A stretch of 64,000 bases of DNA from Hungatella sp. (GTDB lineage Bacteria > Bacillota > Clostridia > Lachnospirales > Lachnospiraceae): positions 15,194 to 79,193 of the forward strand of contig JAAWHK010000002.1 in assembly GCA_022795805.1 (NCBI GenBank), written 5' to 3'. This document shows, one piece after another, positions 7,461-17,709 of the stretch. A model generated the notes under the pieces. The model had not been told where the DNA came from, made no database searches, and saw only the letters and a list, made by a program, of their open reading frames with translations. Position numbers and translations under genes: made by a program. How positions within the stretch are numbered: the stretch's first letter is position 1; each line of letters begins with the position of its first letter.

Positions 7461-9278
7461 ATGTGTGGAATTATTGGATACAGCGGCCCATTGGAGGCCG
7501 AAACGATCTTACTGGACGGATTGTCACAGCTGGAATACAGAGGATATGACAGCGCGGGAATCGCGTTTTTTGACACCGCCTCAAATATCCGGCTTATAAA
7601 AAGAACGGGAAAAGTGGCCGCCCTCAGGGAAGCCTGCGATCTGGAGAAGGCCGGCTCCCACTGCGGCATCGGTCACACCCGGTGGGCCACCCACGGCGGA
7701 GTAACCGATGCCAACGCCCACCCCCATCGGGCCGGACGGGTAACCCTTATCCACAACGGCATTATTGAAAATTATCATGATCTTACGGAGAAGTTCGGCC
7801 TGGAAGGCAGACTGGCATCCCAGACGGATTCCGAGGTGGCCGCCCATGTCCTGGACTCCTTCTACAACGGCGACCCCAAAGCTGCCATAAAAAGTCTCAC
7901 ACAGTGTGTGGAGGGCTCCTACGGATTCTGCATCATGTTTGACGATCGGCCGGGGGAGATCTACGGGGTTCGCCGTGTCAGCCCTCTGGTGGCCGCCTAC
8001 ACCAGGTCGGGAGCTCTCATCGCTTCCGATCTCACTGCCCTGATCCCGTACACCCGGAAATATTTTGTTGTCCCGGAAGACCATATCGTAAAGCTGACCG
8101 GTTACAAGATCGCGCTGTACGACATAAACGGAAATCCCGTCTCCCCCCAGATCATGGAGGTAAACTGGAACATGGATTCAGCCATGAAAAACGGTTTCCC
8201 CCATTTCATGCTGAAGGAAATCCATGAACAGCCGGAGGCCCTGAAAAATACCATCCTGCCCCGCATATCCAAAGGGCTGCCCGATTTTTCCGACGACGGC
8301 ATAGACGACAGCCTGTTTGCGGAGTGCGACAGGATTCACATGGTGGCCTGCGGGACTGCCATGTATGCCGGCATGGTGGCCAGGGCGCTGATGGAACCGG
8401 TTCTCAGGATCCCGGTGACCGTGACCATCGCCTCCGAATTTCGGTATGCGGATCCCCTCATCGACCAGCGCACGCTGGTGATCATTATCTCCCAGTCCGG
8501 CGAGACCATCGACACCCTCGCGGCTCTCCGGCTGGCCAAAAGCTACGGGTCGAAGACTCTGGCCATTGTCAATGTAAAGGGCTCCACCATTGCCAGGGAA
8601 AGCGATTTCGTGCTGTACACCCACGCCGGCCCGGAGATCGCCGTGGCCAGCACCAAGGCATACTCCGTGCAGCTGGCGGCCCTCTATATGATCGGCTGCC
8701 GCATGGCCCTGGTGCGGGGGAAATTCACGGACAAGGAGGCGTCCTCCTTCCTCCTGGGGCTTTTGGACGCCGTTCCTGCCATGGAGGCCATGATCGCCAG
8801 GAAGGAAGAAGAAAAAAATCTGGTGACTCACCTCATCAATCAGCCGGACGCATTCTTTATGGGACGGGGGCTGGACTATGCCTTCTCCCTGGAGGGCGCC
8901 CTCAAGCTGAAAGAAATCTCCTACATTCACGCGGAGGCCTGCGCTGCCGGTGAGCTGAAACACGGAACCATCGCCCTTATAGCGTCCAATGTCCCGGTCA
9001 TAGCCATCGCCACCCAGGAACATGTATTCGCCAAGATGATATCCAATGTCCGTGAAGTCAAGGCCAGAGGAGCCTTCGTCATCCTTCTCACAAAGGAGAA
9101 TGCCGTGGTGGACGGAGGGCTGGCGGACATTCACATCCGAATCCCCGACATTGACGACCGTTTTACCGTCTTTCCCATCGCCGTGATCCTGCAGCTGATC
9201 GCATACTACGCCTCCCTGGGCAAAAATCTGGACGTGGACCAGCCCAGGAATCTGGCCAAATCCGTCACGGTAGAGTGA
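7461..9278 (+). CDS. glmS: Glutamine--fructose-6-phosphate aminotransferase
   Basis: MCGIIG start, LEYRGYDSAG, GHTRWATHG, SQSGET and C-terminal PRNLAKSVTVE. Confidence 0.99.
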   Translation: MCGIIGYSGPLEAETILLDGLSQLEYRGYDSAGIAFFDTASNIRLIKRTGKVAALREACDLEKAGSHCGIGHTRWATHGGVTDANAHPHRAGRVTLIHNGIIENYHDLTEKFGLEGRLASQTDSEVAAHVLDSFYNGDPKAAIKSLTQCVEGSYGFCIMFDDRPGEIYGVRRVSPLVAAYTRSGALIASDLTALIPYTRKYFVVPEDHIVKLTGYKIALYDINGNPVSPQIMEVNWNMDSAMKNGFPHFMLKEIHEQPEALKNTILPRISKGLPDFSDDGIDDSLFAECDRIHMVACGTAMYAGMVARALMEPVLRIPVTVTIASEFRYADPLIDQRTLVIIISQSGETIDTLAALRLAKSYGSKTLAIVNVKGSTIARESDFVLYTHAGPEIAVASTKAYSVQLAALYMIGCRMALVRGKFTDKEASSFLLGLLDAVPAMEAMIARKEEEKNLVTHLINQPDAFFMGRGLDYAFSLEGALKLKEISYIHAEACAAGELKHGTIALIASNVPVIAIATQEHVFAKMISNVREVKARGAFVILLTKENAVVDGGLADIHIRIPDIDDRFTVFPIAVILQLIAYYASLGKNLDVDQPRNLAKSVTVE

Positions 9279-9283
9279 TCCGA

Positions 9284-9320
9284 AAACTCCCTCCCAAAGG
9301 CTTGCCTCAGGAGGGAGTTT
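9284..9320. terminator. Bidirectional terminator after glmS
   Basis: AAACTCCCTCC pairs with GGAGGGAGTTT, between convergent genes. Confidence 0.8.
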
Positions 9321-9364
9321 CCATATATCGCCGCAGTCTGACTGTCCGGCTGTTTTCTATTCGG

Positions 9365-9997
9365 CTATTTTCTTCCTGCCATCTTCACTTTGGCAAATTC
9401 CTGAATGATGTGCACTGCCCCGTCCACGCCGGTGACACTGCTGTTAAGGCAAAGGTCGTAGCTTCTGGCATCGCCCCATTTCTTGCTGGCATAATAGTTA
9501 TAATAGCTGGCACGCTGCTTATCCGTCTTGATCATAATATCCTTGGCCTTCGCGTCCGTCACATTATACAGTTCCTTCAGATAGGCTATCTTATCCGCCT
9601 CATTTCCCGTGATGAACACCGTAACCGCGTTGGGCTCGTCCGCCAGGGCATAATCCGCGCAGCGGCCCACGATCACACAGGACTCTTCGCTGGCCAGTTT
9701 CTTGATCGTGTCGAACTGAGCCAGAAAGATCTTGTGGTTGATCGGCATATCCATGTAGGCCGATGTGGTGTACCCCAGGGAATACGTATCCATGACCAGG
9801 GAGTACAGAAAGCTGTTGGTAGGTTTCTCGTCGTGAGTCTCGAACAGTTCCTCGCACAGTCCGCTGTGCTTTGCCGCCTCTGCCAGCAGTTCCTTGTTGT
9901 AGCATTTCACCCCCATGGTCTCAGCCAGTTTCCTGCCTATAAGATTGCCCTTGCTGCCGCAATGTCGTCCAATAGTAATGACTAAATGTTCTCCCAT
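9365..9997 (-). CDS. Cytidylate kinase-like family protein
   Basis: VITIGRHCGSKG, CVIVGRCADY, DKQRASYYNYY and YDLCLNS; AGGAG RBS before ATG 9997. Confidence 0.88.
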   Translation of the reverse strand: MGEHLVITIGRHCGSKGNLIGRKLAETMGVKCYNKELLAEAAKHSGLCEELFETHDEKPTNSFLYSLVMDTYSLGYTTSAYMDMPINHKIFLAQFDTIKKLASEESCVIVGRCADYALADEPNAVTVFITGNEADKIAYLKELYNVTDAKAKDIMIKTDKQRASYYNYYASKKWGDARSYDLCLNSSVTGVDGAVHIIQEFAKVKMAGRK

Positions 9998-10104
9998 AAG
10001 ATTTCTCCTTTCCTTGATGCTTCTGTTGTCACACAAATAGAGGATTTATAAGATTATTATACAGCAAAAGCACGGAAAAGTACATTTATTTTTCGTTTTT
10101 TTGA

Positions 10105-11115
10105 TCAATATTCCCCCAGCATCTGCAGAAGCCTCTGAAAATACGCGGGCAGAGGCGCCTCAAATTCCATATACCGCCCTGTCCTGGGATGGATAAATCC
10201 CAGAATTCCTGCATGGAGAGTCTGCCCCTGCAGCTTAAAAGGGCATCTGGCCGGGCCGTAGACCGTATCCCCCAGGAGTGGATGACCGATGCTGGCCATG
10301 TGAACCCGGATCTGGTGTGTGCGCCCGGTCTCCAAACGGCACTCGATGAAGGTAAACCGTCCAAAGCGTTTCTGTACCCGATAGTGGGTCACGGCTCTCC
10401 TGCCGTTCTTTTCGTTGACGCTCATCTTCTTTCTGTCAACCGGATGGCGCCCCACCGGGGCGTCGACCGTGCCCTCATCCTCCCCTATGTTTCCGTGAAC
10501 AACGGCCTGGTAGCGGCGGGTGACAGAGTGATCCTTCAGCTGCCTGGCAATGGAATTGTGGGCCATATCGTTCTTGCATACAATGAGAATCCCCGTGGTG
10601 TCCATGTCGATGCGGTGGACGATTCCCGGGCGCAGCACGCCGTTAATGCCGGAAAGTCCGTCCCTGCAGTGATCCATAAGTCCGTTGACCAGGGTTCCCG
10701 TGTAGTGTCCCGCCGCAGGGTGAACCACCATCCCCTTAGGCTTGTTGACCAGAAGCACATCCTCGTCCTCGTACAGGATATCCAGATCCATGGCTTCCGG
10801 CAGAATCTCCGGCTCCACAGCCTCCGGAACCAGTATCTCCACCAGATCCCCAGCGTTTACTTTACAGTTGGCCTTCACAGGCTTATGATTCAACCGCACG
10901 TTCCCTGCCTTTAAAAGCTTCTGCACATAGGAGCGGGACAGCCCGCCGCAGTGATCCGTGCAGAGCACATCGGCGCGGATGCCCGCCTCCCGGTCGGACA
11001 CCGTGAACCTCTCATGCCGCTGCCCTCCCGGCTCCCTGCCCGCCCCAGACAGTTCGTCCTCCTCATCCTCACAGACGACCATGTACGGTTCCTGTCCGGC
11101 GTCCGCTGGGATCAT
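10105..11115 (-). CDS. rluD: RluA-family pseudouridine synthase (RluD-like, S4 domain)
   Basis: NKPKGMVVHP, HRIDMDTTG and LETGRTHQIRVH; downstream of lspA. True start may be further downstream. Confidence 0.93.
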   Translation of the reverse strand: MIPADAGQEPYMVVCEDEEDELSGAGREPGGQRHERFTVSDREAGIRADVLCTDHCGGLSRSYVQKLLKAGNVRLNHKPVKANCKVNAGDLVEILVPEAVEPEILPEAMDLDILYEDEDVLLVNKPKGMVVHPAAGHYTGTLVNGLMDHCRDGLSGINGVLRPGIVHRIDMDTTGILIVCKNDMAHNSIARQLKDHSVTRRYQAVVHGNIGEDEGTVDAPVGRHPVDRKKMSVNEKNGRRAVTHYRVQKRFGRFTFIECRLETGRTHQIRVHMASIGHPLLGDTVYGPARCPFKLQGQTLHAGILGFIHPRTGRYMEFEAPLPAYFQRLLQMLGEY

Positions 11116-11627
11116 GACCGCTCCTTTCTGTGGGGAAACAGCATCTCAAGCTCCTCATCACGGTAGAACCACATAAACAGGACGAAAAGCAGGGCCGTCC
11201 CAACGGTAACATAGCAGTCGGCCACATTGAAAATCGGAAAATCTATAAGCTTAAAATACAGAAAATCCACCACATACCCCTGGGATACCCTGTCCACAAG
11301 GTTGCCCGCTGCCCCCGACGCGATCATAGTCAGGCACACCTCCATGGGCACATAGCGCCTCTTGGCCGGCATCTTTGCCATGGCAAAGAGGACAAAGGCA
11401 AACACCGCCGCCGCAACCGCAAAGAAAAACGCCTGCTTCCCCTGAAGCATGCCGAAGGCAGCCCCCCGGTTCTCCGAGTACAGAAACTCAAAGACGCCGT
11501 CCCAGAGCACATATGGAGCCTTCCCCTTAAGATAACTCACTGCCAGCCACTTTGTCCACTGGTCCGCTGCGGTCAATATAAGAAAACCCGCAAAAAAAGA
11601 TATGATATGATTGCGTTTTCGATTCAT
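11112..11627 (-). CDS. lspA: Lipoprotein signal peptidase II
   Basis: DQWTK, NRGAAFG, GNLVDR, VVDF and FNVAD motifs. Confidence 0.97.
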   Translation of the reverse strand: MNRKRNHIISFFAGFLILTAADQWTKWLAVSYLKGKAPYVLWDGVFEFLYSENRGAAFGMLQGKQAFFFAVAAAVFAFVLFAMAKMPAKRRYVPMEVCLTMIASGAAGNLVDRVSQGYVVDFLYFKLIDFPIFNVADCYVTVGTALLFVLFMWFYRDEELEMLFPHRKERS

Positions 11628-11641
11628 GTCAACAATTCTCC

Positions 11642-12730
11642 TCACCTGAGGATCAGGCGAAGGCCTGCCCTCATCTCATCCTCGGTCACAGTTCGGTCAA
11701 TAAAGGCCTCCCCCACGCGGCGCAGAAGGATAAAACGGATCCGGCTGCCGTCCATCTTCTTGTCGCTTTTCGTGTCCTCCAGCACCCGTCCCGCCGAGAC
11801 GCCCGTGACCTCTACAGGCATGTGAAGGCGTTCCATCAGGGCTATCAGGGAATCCAGGCATTCCTCCGGCACATATCCCCGGAGAACGGAAATCTTTACG
11901 GCCCCCAGGCATCCCAGCCCCACACAGTGTCCGTGCAGCATGGAAAAAGACAGCTGCTTCTCCAGCGCATGCCCCAGCGTGTGGCCGAAGTTCAGCAGTG
12001 CGCGCAACCCCTGCTCCGTGGGATCTTCTTCTACCACCTGCCTCTTGATCCTGTCGCTGCCGGCGATCATCTCCAGACAGATCTCAGGATCCCTTCTGAT
12101 GATGGCCTCCGCGTTGGCTTTCAGCCAGCCGTAGTATTCGCTGTCCTGAATAAGGCCGTGTTTGATTACCTCCCCCATGCCGGAAGAGTACTGCTCTTTT
12201 GACAGAGTCAGGAGCGCGGACACATTGGTGTAGACCAGCGCCGGCATGTGAAACGCGCCCACCATATTTTTGTACGAGGCAAAATCAACCCCTGTCTTTC
12301 CCCCGATGCTGCTGTCCACCTGGGAGAGCAGCGTGGTGGGAATCTGGATAAAGGAGATCCCCCGCAGGTAGGTGGCAGCTGCGTAGCCGCACAGATCCCC
12401 CACTACACCGCCGCCCAGCGCCGCCAGCCAGTCCTTTCTGTCAAAATGTGCCCGGATCAGCGTCTCGTACAATTGCTGCACGGTATCCAGATTCTTGGAT
12501 GCTTCGCCGGCAGGAAATACGAATGTGCAGATCTCCCGGCAGCACGGCTTTAAAAGCGCCTGAACCTGGTCAAGATAAAGTCCGGCCACCGTGGTATCCG
12601 TGACAATGCACATGCGCCGTTCCCCGGTTCCAAGCTTTTTCACCTGTTCCGGCAGCCCTGCAAACGATGTGTCAAGAATAATATCGTAGATGGCCTGCCC
12701 ATCACGATGTACGGTCAATGTCTCTGCCAT
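11642..12730 (-). CDS. aroB: 3-dehydroquinate synthase
   Basis: GEASK, ALGGGVVGDL, PTTLLSQVDSSIGGKTG and LNFGHTLGHA. Confidence 0.97.
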   Translation of the reverse strand: MAETLTVHRDGQAIYDIILDTSFAGLPEQVKKLGTGERRMCIVTDTTVAGLYLDQVQALLKPCCREICTFVFPAGEASKNLDTVQQLYETLIRAHFDRKDWLAALGGGVVGDLCGYAAATYLRGISFIQIPTTLLSQVDSSIGGKTGVDFASYKNMVGAFHMPALVYTNVSALLTLSKEQYSSGMGEVIKHGLIQDSEYYGWLKANAEAIIRRDPEICLEMIAGSDRIKRQVVEEDPTEQGLRALLNFGHTLGHALEKQLSFSMLHGHCVGLGCLGAVKISVLRGYVPEECLDSLIALMERLHMPVEVTGVSAGRVLEDTKSDKKMDGSRIRFILLRRVGEAFIDRTVTEDEMRAGLRLILR

Positions 12731-12751
12731 AAAAAATCTCCTTATTATGAA

Positions 12752-12805
12752 AGTGAGCAAACACACCCCTGTGTCTGCGGACGCAGGAAAATCTGTCTGC
12801 TCACT
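12752..12805 (-). other. Long intergenic stem-loop between sepF and aroB
   Basis: On the mRNA strand AGTGAGCAGACA pairs with TGTTTGCTCACT (12 bp, one G-U); inner stem CCTGCGTC/GACACAGG. Confidence 0.55.
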
Positions 12806-12829
12806 GGTAATAGATGCCTGTACATAAAC

Positions 12830-13384
12830 TTACAGCCGAAGGTTCAGACCTGACATATCCAGGGGACTTGTGTTCTTGCTGCCTCCCACATTGCCCAGGA
12901 TGTCCTGAAAATCTCCGGAAAGATCCACGGTGTCAGGGGTAACTATAAAAATGTAGTTGGAGATCTTCTGCAGATTTCCGTTAATCGAATACACTGCACC
13001 GGAGGCAAAGTCAATAATTCTCTGGGCAATCTCGGTGTGCAGCCCCTCCATGTTCAGCACCACCGCCTTTCCGGCCAGGAGGTGATCGCAGATCTCCTGT
13101 GAATCTCCGAAGGACGTGGGGATGACCATGGACACCTCCATCCCTCTTCTCATGGGAACAACTTTATTGGAACTGTTATTGCTGGAGGAGCGGCCTAAAA
13201 ATCTTGGCCTGGGTGTATCCTCGGGTTCATCTTCTTCGTCGTAATACTCTTCGTCTCTTTTCCCAAACAGGGGTTTTCTGGGAGGTCTCTCATCCTCTTC
13301 TTCATAGTCATCATCTAAGAAGTAGTCGTCATCATCACCGTCACTCAAGCGCATGCTCTCCATAAATCTTCCAAACAGACTCAT
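12830..13384 (-). CDS. sepF: Cell division protein SepF
   Basis: KVVPM, VVLNMEGL, AQRIIDFASGAVYSING and IFIVTP; follows yggS. Confidence 0.95.
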   Translation of the reverse strand: MSLFGRFMESMRLSDGDDDDYFLDDDYEEEDERPPRKPLFGKRDEEYYDEEDEPEDTPRPRFLGRSSSNNSSNKVVPMRRGMEVSMVIPTSFGDSQEICDHLLAGKAVVLNMEGLHTEIAQRIIDFASGAVYSINGNLQKISNYIFIVTPDTVDLSGDFQDILGNVGGSKNTSPLDMSGLNLRL

Positions 13385-13401
13385 AACTTTTCTCCCATCT
13401 C

Positions 13402-14085
13402 CTATCTTGCACCAAAAATGCCGGTGCCCACCCTCACCATGGTCGCGCCTTCCTCAACCGCGACCTGGAAGTCGCCGGTCATTCCCATGGATAGAGTCGT
13501 CATACTACCATTATCAATGTTTTTAGTTTTCATGTCAACATAAAATTCATATAATTTTCTAAAAACAGGTCGATTTTTCTCGGCGTCTTCTACAAAAGGG
13601 GCCACCGTCATGAGCCCACGGACCCTCACATGGGGAAAACCGCAGATTGAACGGAGGGCATCCTCCGTCTCCTCCAGCCCAAAACCGAACTTGCTGTCCT
13701 CCTTTGCCACATTAACTTCCAGAAGAATATCGGTCACAAGATTCTGCTTTGCCGATTCCTTCTCGATCTCACCGGCAAGCTTTACGGAATCCACGGAGTG
13801 GATCAGACACGTCTTTCCGATGATCTGCCGCACCTTGTTTGTCTGCAGATGACCGATTAGATGCCACTTTACGTCCGATGGCATCTGGGGAATCTTCACC
13901 AAAAGCTCCTGGACCCGGTTTTCCCCGAAATGGCGGGAGCCGCTGTCATAAGCCTCCCTGAGAAGTTCCACGGGCTTGGTCTTGCTGACCGCAATAAGTG
14001 TCACATCCCCCGGATCCCTGCCTGCGTTTTTGCACGCGGCGGCAATCCGTTCCTGTGTCCTATGTAAATTTGTCCCAATCTCCAT
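13402..14085 (-). CDS. yggS: PLP homeostasis protein, YggS/YlmE family
   Basis: LIAVSKTKP, FGENRVQE, WHLIGHLQTNK, LSMGMTGD and VRVGTGIFG. Confidence 0.97.
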   Translation of the reverse strand: MEIGTNLHRTQERIAAACKNAGRDPGDVTLIAVSKTKPVELLREAYDSGSRHFGENRVQELLVKIPQMPSDVKWHLIGHLQTNKVRQIIGKTCLIHSVDSVKLAGEIEKESAKQNLVTDILLEVNVAKEDSKFGFGLEETEDALRSICGFPHVRVRGLMTVAPFVEDAEKNRPVFRKLYEFYVDMKTKNIDNGSMTTLSMGMTGDFQVAVEEGATMVRVGTGIFGAR

Positions 14086-14100
14086 ACAAATCTCCTCCTG

Positions 14101-15510
14101 CTACTGATAGATAAGCACTCCCTCATCCTCGATGACGGATGCGTTCAGCACAATATGATCGTAGACGCTGAGCCCGTAGTTCATGTTTTTTCGGATGGTA
14201 TAGAATTCATCGCTCTGGGCCAGGACTTCTATCTGCCGAAATACAGTGTATCCCTTATTTATATTGTAGACTCCCTGGAGGGAGGCCGTAATACCCACCT
14301 GAAACCGGTCCGTGGAATCCGGTTTCACCAGATAATCCCCGGCCTGAATCTTATCCTGCCTGTCACACTCGATGTAGTAGTATTCGTCGTTGCCGTAGTA
14401 GATGGTGGCAGGCACAAACACCACGGAAGTGCCGGCTTCTGAGTAAACCTCCTTATTAAAACCGTCCTCCAGCCCGTCCCCTCCCTTAGTGAGGAAATCC
14501 ACAGGGATGAGGAAGAAATTCCTGGTAGTAACCGAGCTGATGGGAATCTTAAGCCCCTCTGTGGTGCTGGTCATAATCTCAAAGTCAACAAACCGGTCCG
14601 ACACGAACTGGACCATGTATCTGGTAAAGTCCAGCTTTCCGTAGGCTTTCCCGTCGCTGCCTGTGATCAGGGAAAACACGCCTTTCATTGTCAGATTACG
14701 GGAGGGAAAGGACACGTCCAGAGTCCCCTGGGAGCTGAACAGAACCCCGTCCTCCTCCGACACCTGAAACACCACAGACCAGTTGTCGTCCGTTATCACC
14801 TTGTAGATAGGCGTGCCTGGCTCCACCCACTGCCCCGCCCGGGTGATCGCCTTTGTGTACTGACTGCGGTCGAAGACGCTCTCATTGACCTGGGAGGGAT
14901 CCAGGGGCTCGTACTTGTCAATACCGTAGGAGACAATACCGCTGACAGGAGCGGCAATCTGCCTGAAATCACTGCCCAGCTGATCCGCCATCTGCCCCTG
15001 GCTGTCCAGGGTATTAAAATTCACATACTCCAGAACCATGGCCTCCAGGGAATACTTGGTGCCGTACACATTATCAAAAGTCTCGTCGGAGTAGGACAGA
15101 CTGTAGTTGTTCAGCTGCCTGCGCAGCTCCCCGATATCCTTGTCTGTCAGGGCCCCGGCCCCTTGGTTCTGCTCCTCCATATAGTTGGACAGCGTGCCTC
15201 TCTCGTCGATGGAGTAGATGCTTGTCCCCACTGATGCCCGCTTTCCCTCCCGCACATAGTAGTTGACAGCTCCGGCGCTGTCCGCGTACTGAACATTCTC
15301 CTGCCGGAGGATAAGCCCCGTATAAGTCTTGTCGTCCACGATGGAGCCGTCGATCACCTCATAAAACTGTATTTTCTCTTTCGTCATGTAAGAATACACC
15401 GTAAAAATCAGGTAGACAAAGATCATGGCAAAAATCAGCATTCCGATATTAAAATTCAGGGAAACTTTTCGGTGATTGTAGTTTATGATCTTATTATTTT
15501 TATTTGCCAT
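14101..15510 (-). CDS. HlyD-like membrane-anchored protein (conserved clostridial gene upstream of yggS)
   Basis: N-terminal TM helix, lipoyl-like half motifs (YYVREGKRAS, APVSGIVSY) and GLKIPISSV; GGAG RBS before ATG 15510. Confidence 0.7.
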   Translation of the reverse strand: MANKNNKIINYNHRKVSLNFNIGMLIFAMIFVYLIFTVYSYMTKEKIQFYEVIDGSIVDDKTYTGLILRQENVQYADSAGAVNYYVREGKRASVGTSIYSIDERGTLSNYMEEQNQGAGALTDKDIGELRRQLNNYSLSYSDETFDNVYGTKYSLEAMVLEYVNFNTLDSQGQMADQLGSDFRQIAAPVSGIVSYGIDKYEPLDPSQVNESVFDRSQYTKAITRAGQWVEPGTPIYKVITDDNWSVVFQVSEEDGVLFSSQGTLDVSFPSRNLTMKGVFSLITGSDGKAYGKLDFTRYMVQFVSDRFVDFEIMTSTTEGLKIPISSVTTRNFFLIPVDFLTKGGDGLEDGFNKEVYSEAGTSVVFVPATIYYGNDEYYYIECDRQDKIQAGDYLVKPDSTDRFQVGITASLQGVYNINKGYTVFRQIEVLAQSDEFYTIRKNMNYGLSVYDHIVLNASVIEDEGVLIYQ

Positions 15511-15751
15511 GAGGACATCTCCTCTCCGAAAACCACACCGCGCCTTCTTAATTAACATAAAAATATTACGTAAACCGAATCGGAACCGCGATCTTCCTGC
15601 TGCATTCGGTCACGTTCTACCTATTATAAACGGGATTGCCAAAAAGTTCAAGGGCTTGTTGCCGTCACCCCTTCGCCCCCAAACAATAAGGGCCTGCCTT
15701 TCGCAGACCCCTAATCTTATGTACACCGCATTCCAGTATTATGTATTTATT

Positions 15752-16171
15752 TTATAAAGAGATGATAACATCCTTTTTTGCATTCTCAGGCAGTTCGTCT
15801 ACATCCAGGGATACGCTCAGCACGAAATCCACATGGAACTTTTCACTGATAATCTCTAACTCCTTGACAGCCTCGGAGATATCCTCGCCCTCCAGACATG
15901 CCAGCTTCAGAAAGCTGTCCAAAAACATAAGCTCCAGATCGTGATCCTGGGAGATGATTCCGCAGATAAATCCAATAAAACCTGAACAATCGGAAATGTC
16001 AAATCCTTTTACATTGATTAATCGAATCTTATTGCTCAACTCATACATATGCTTGGAACTTTTATCCAGGTAAACGATAGACCCGTTGGCTTCCTTGATG
16101 GCTGCATTGGCTTTGTCCAGCAAGTGCTTGGTCTTTCCCTTTCCTTTATTTCCAGCTATAATCTGCACCAT
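15752..16171 (-). CDS. Small conserved P-loop protein (often auto-annotated 'twitching motility PilT')
   Basis: MVQIIAGNKGKGKT Walker A; AAGGAGG RBS. Confidence 0.75.
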   Translation of the reverse strand: MVQIIAGNKGKGKTKHLLDKANAAIKEANGSIVYLDKSSKHMYELSNKIRLINVKGFDISDCSGFIGFICGIISQDHDLELMFLDSFLKLACLEGEDISEAVKELEIISEKFHVDFVLSVSLDVDELPENAKKDVIISL

Positions 16172-16262
16172 AGTCGTGTCCTCCTTGGGTTTATAGTTTT
16201 TGTATAAAAAGACGATTAATTTCCCCTTAATTATAGTATAAATATGGGCAAAAGGCAATGAC

Positions 16263-17294
16263 TTAATTGACAATTTTAGAAATTATATTTGTCATGTTAT
16301 CATAGAGTTTATTTCTGTCCTTTGCCTTCATGACGATGGAGACATATTCGTTTCCGCCGCTCTCACTGCCGGAATTCTCCCGGGACGCCATAACCAGACA
16401 GCAACCTGCGGCCTGGGTGGTGCCGGTCTTGCCCGAAAACACCGTGATCCCGTCAGGCGTCTCCTCTCTCCCTGTCAGATACCAGTTGCCGCCCTCCCAG
16501 GTCTTCTTCACGGCATTGCCGTCCTTATCTTTGTAATCGGCCGTGTAGGCTACGGTCTTCGTCACCTCGCGAAACTTCGGGTACTTCAGCGCTTCGTTGA
16601 AGATCAGATACAGATCATAAGCTGTGGTGTAGTGGTTCTCGTCGTGAAGCCCGTGGGGGTTGACAAAATGGGTATTTGTCGCCCCAAGCCTGAGGGCTTC
16701 TTCGTTCATCAGCTGTGCGAAATTCTCGATACTTCCCGCCATATGGACCGCTATGGCCGCACCCGCATCGTTGCCCGATGGAAGCATGAGTCCGTAGAGA
16801 AGCTGCTCCATGGTCAGCACGTCTCCCGGCTTTATATCGGCCAGAGTGGCCCCGGCCTCCGTGATGACGGCGTCCTGGGTCACGGTCACCGTATCATCCG
16901 GATTCCCGTACTTGACGGCAATGAGCGCCGTCATGATCTTGGTGGTGCTGGCGGGATAGAGCCGCTCAAAGGCATTCTTGCTGTAGAGCACCTGCCCGTC
17001 GGATATAGAGAACAGCACCCCTGCCTCTGCATCCACCTCCGTCCCGTCAAAGGCGGTCTCATCGGAGACCACACACAGGTCCCGGGCAAACAGCGGAACG
17101 GCCGAAAAGTCTTCTTTTGCCGTTTGGGACGATTCCTCCACGGCAAAAGGCCTCTCCTCAAAAGAGTAGGGCTTCTCCAGATCCGAATCGCCTGCCAGGC
17201 CGCACCCGCAGAGACAAGCCGCGGCCAGCATTCCAAAAAGGCACAGTCCGGCCCTGCTTTTTGCCCCCAAAGACCGTGTCATTCTTCGAATCAT
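16263..17294 (-). CDS. D-alanyl-D-alanine carboxypeptidase (peptidase S11)
   Basis: PASTTK, SGND, NPHGL and GKTGTT motifs; ATGA overlap with mgsA. Confidence 0.93.
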   Translation of the reverse strand: MIRRMTRSLGAKSRAGLCLFGMLAAACLCGCGLAGDSDLEKPYSFEERPFAVEESSQTAKEDFSAVPLFARDLCVVSDETAFDGTEVDAEAGVLFSISDGQVLYSKNAFERLYPASTTKIMTALIAVKYGNPDDTVTVTQDAVITEAGATLADIKPGDVLTMEQLLYGLMLPSGNDAGAAIAVHMAGSIENFAQLMNEEALRLGATNTHFVNPHGLHDENHYTTAYDLYLIFNEALKYPKFREVTKTVAYTADYKDKDGNAVKKTWEGGNWYLTGREETPDGITVFSGKTGTTQAAGCCLVMASRENSGSESGGNEYVSIVMKAKDRNKLYDNMTNIISKIVN

Positions 17295-17686
17295 TTGTAC
17301 ATCTCCCGCCATTCCAAATCGCCTCTCTCCAACGCCTTCACAAGCAGCTCCGCCGTAGCCACGTTGGTGGCCAGCGGGATATTATGCATATCGCACACCC
17401 TCACAATGGGACTGCTGGCCGGGTCCATCCGCTTGGGCGTATCCGGCTCCCTGAGAAAGATCACGAGATCCAGCTGGTTCTGTTCAATGTCAATGCACAG
17501 CTGCTGGCCTCCCCCCAGATGGCCAGCCAGGTACTTGTGAACATTCAGATTCGTGACCTCCTCAATCAGTCTGCCTGTGGTACCCGTGGCGTACAGTGAA
17601 TGCTTGCTTAAGATACCTCTGTAAGCGATGCAGAAATTCTGCATCAGTTTCTTTTTGGAATCATGCGCAATTAAACCGATATTCAT
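17291..17686 (-). CDS. mgsA: Methylglyoxal synthase
   Basis: IGLIAHDSKK, YATGTTG and CDMHNIPLATNVATAE. Confidence 0.92.
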   Translation of the reverse strand: MNIGLIAHDSKKKLMQNFCIAYRGILSKHSLYATGTTGRLIEEVTNLNVHKYLAGHLGGGQQLCIDIEQNQLDLVIFLREPDTPKRMDPASSPIVRVCDMHNIPLATNVATAELLVKALERGDLEWREMYK

Positions 17687-17709
17687 GTGTTTACCTTCTC
17701 CCTTTACAT

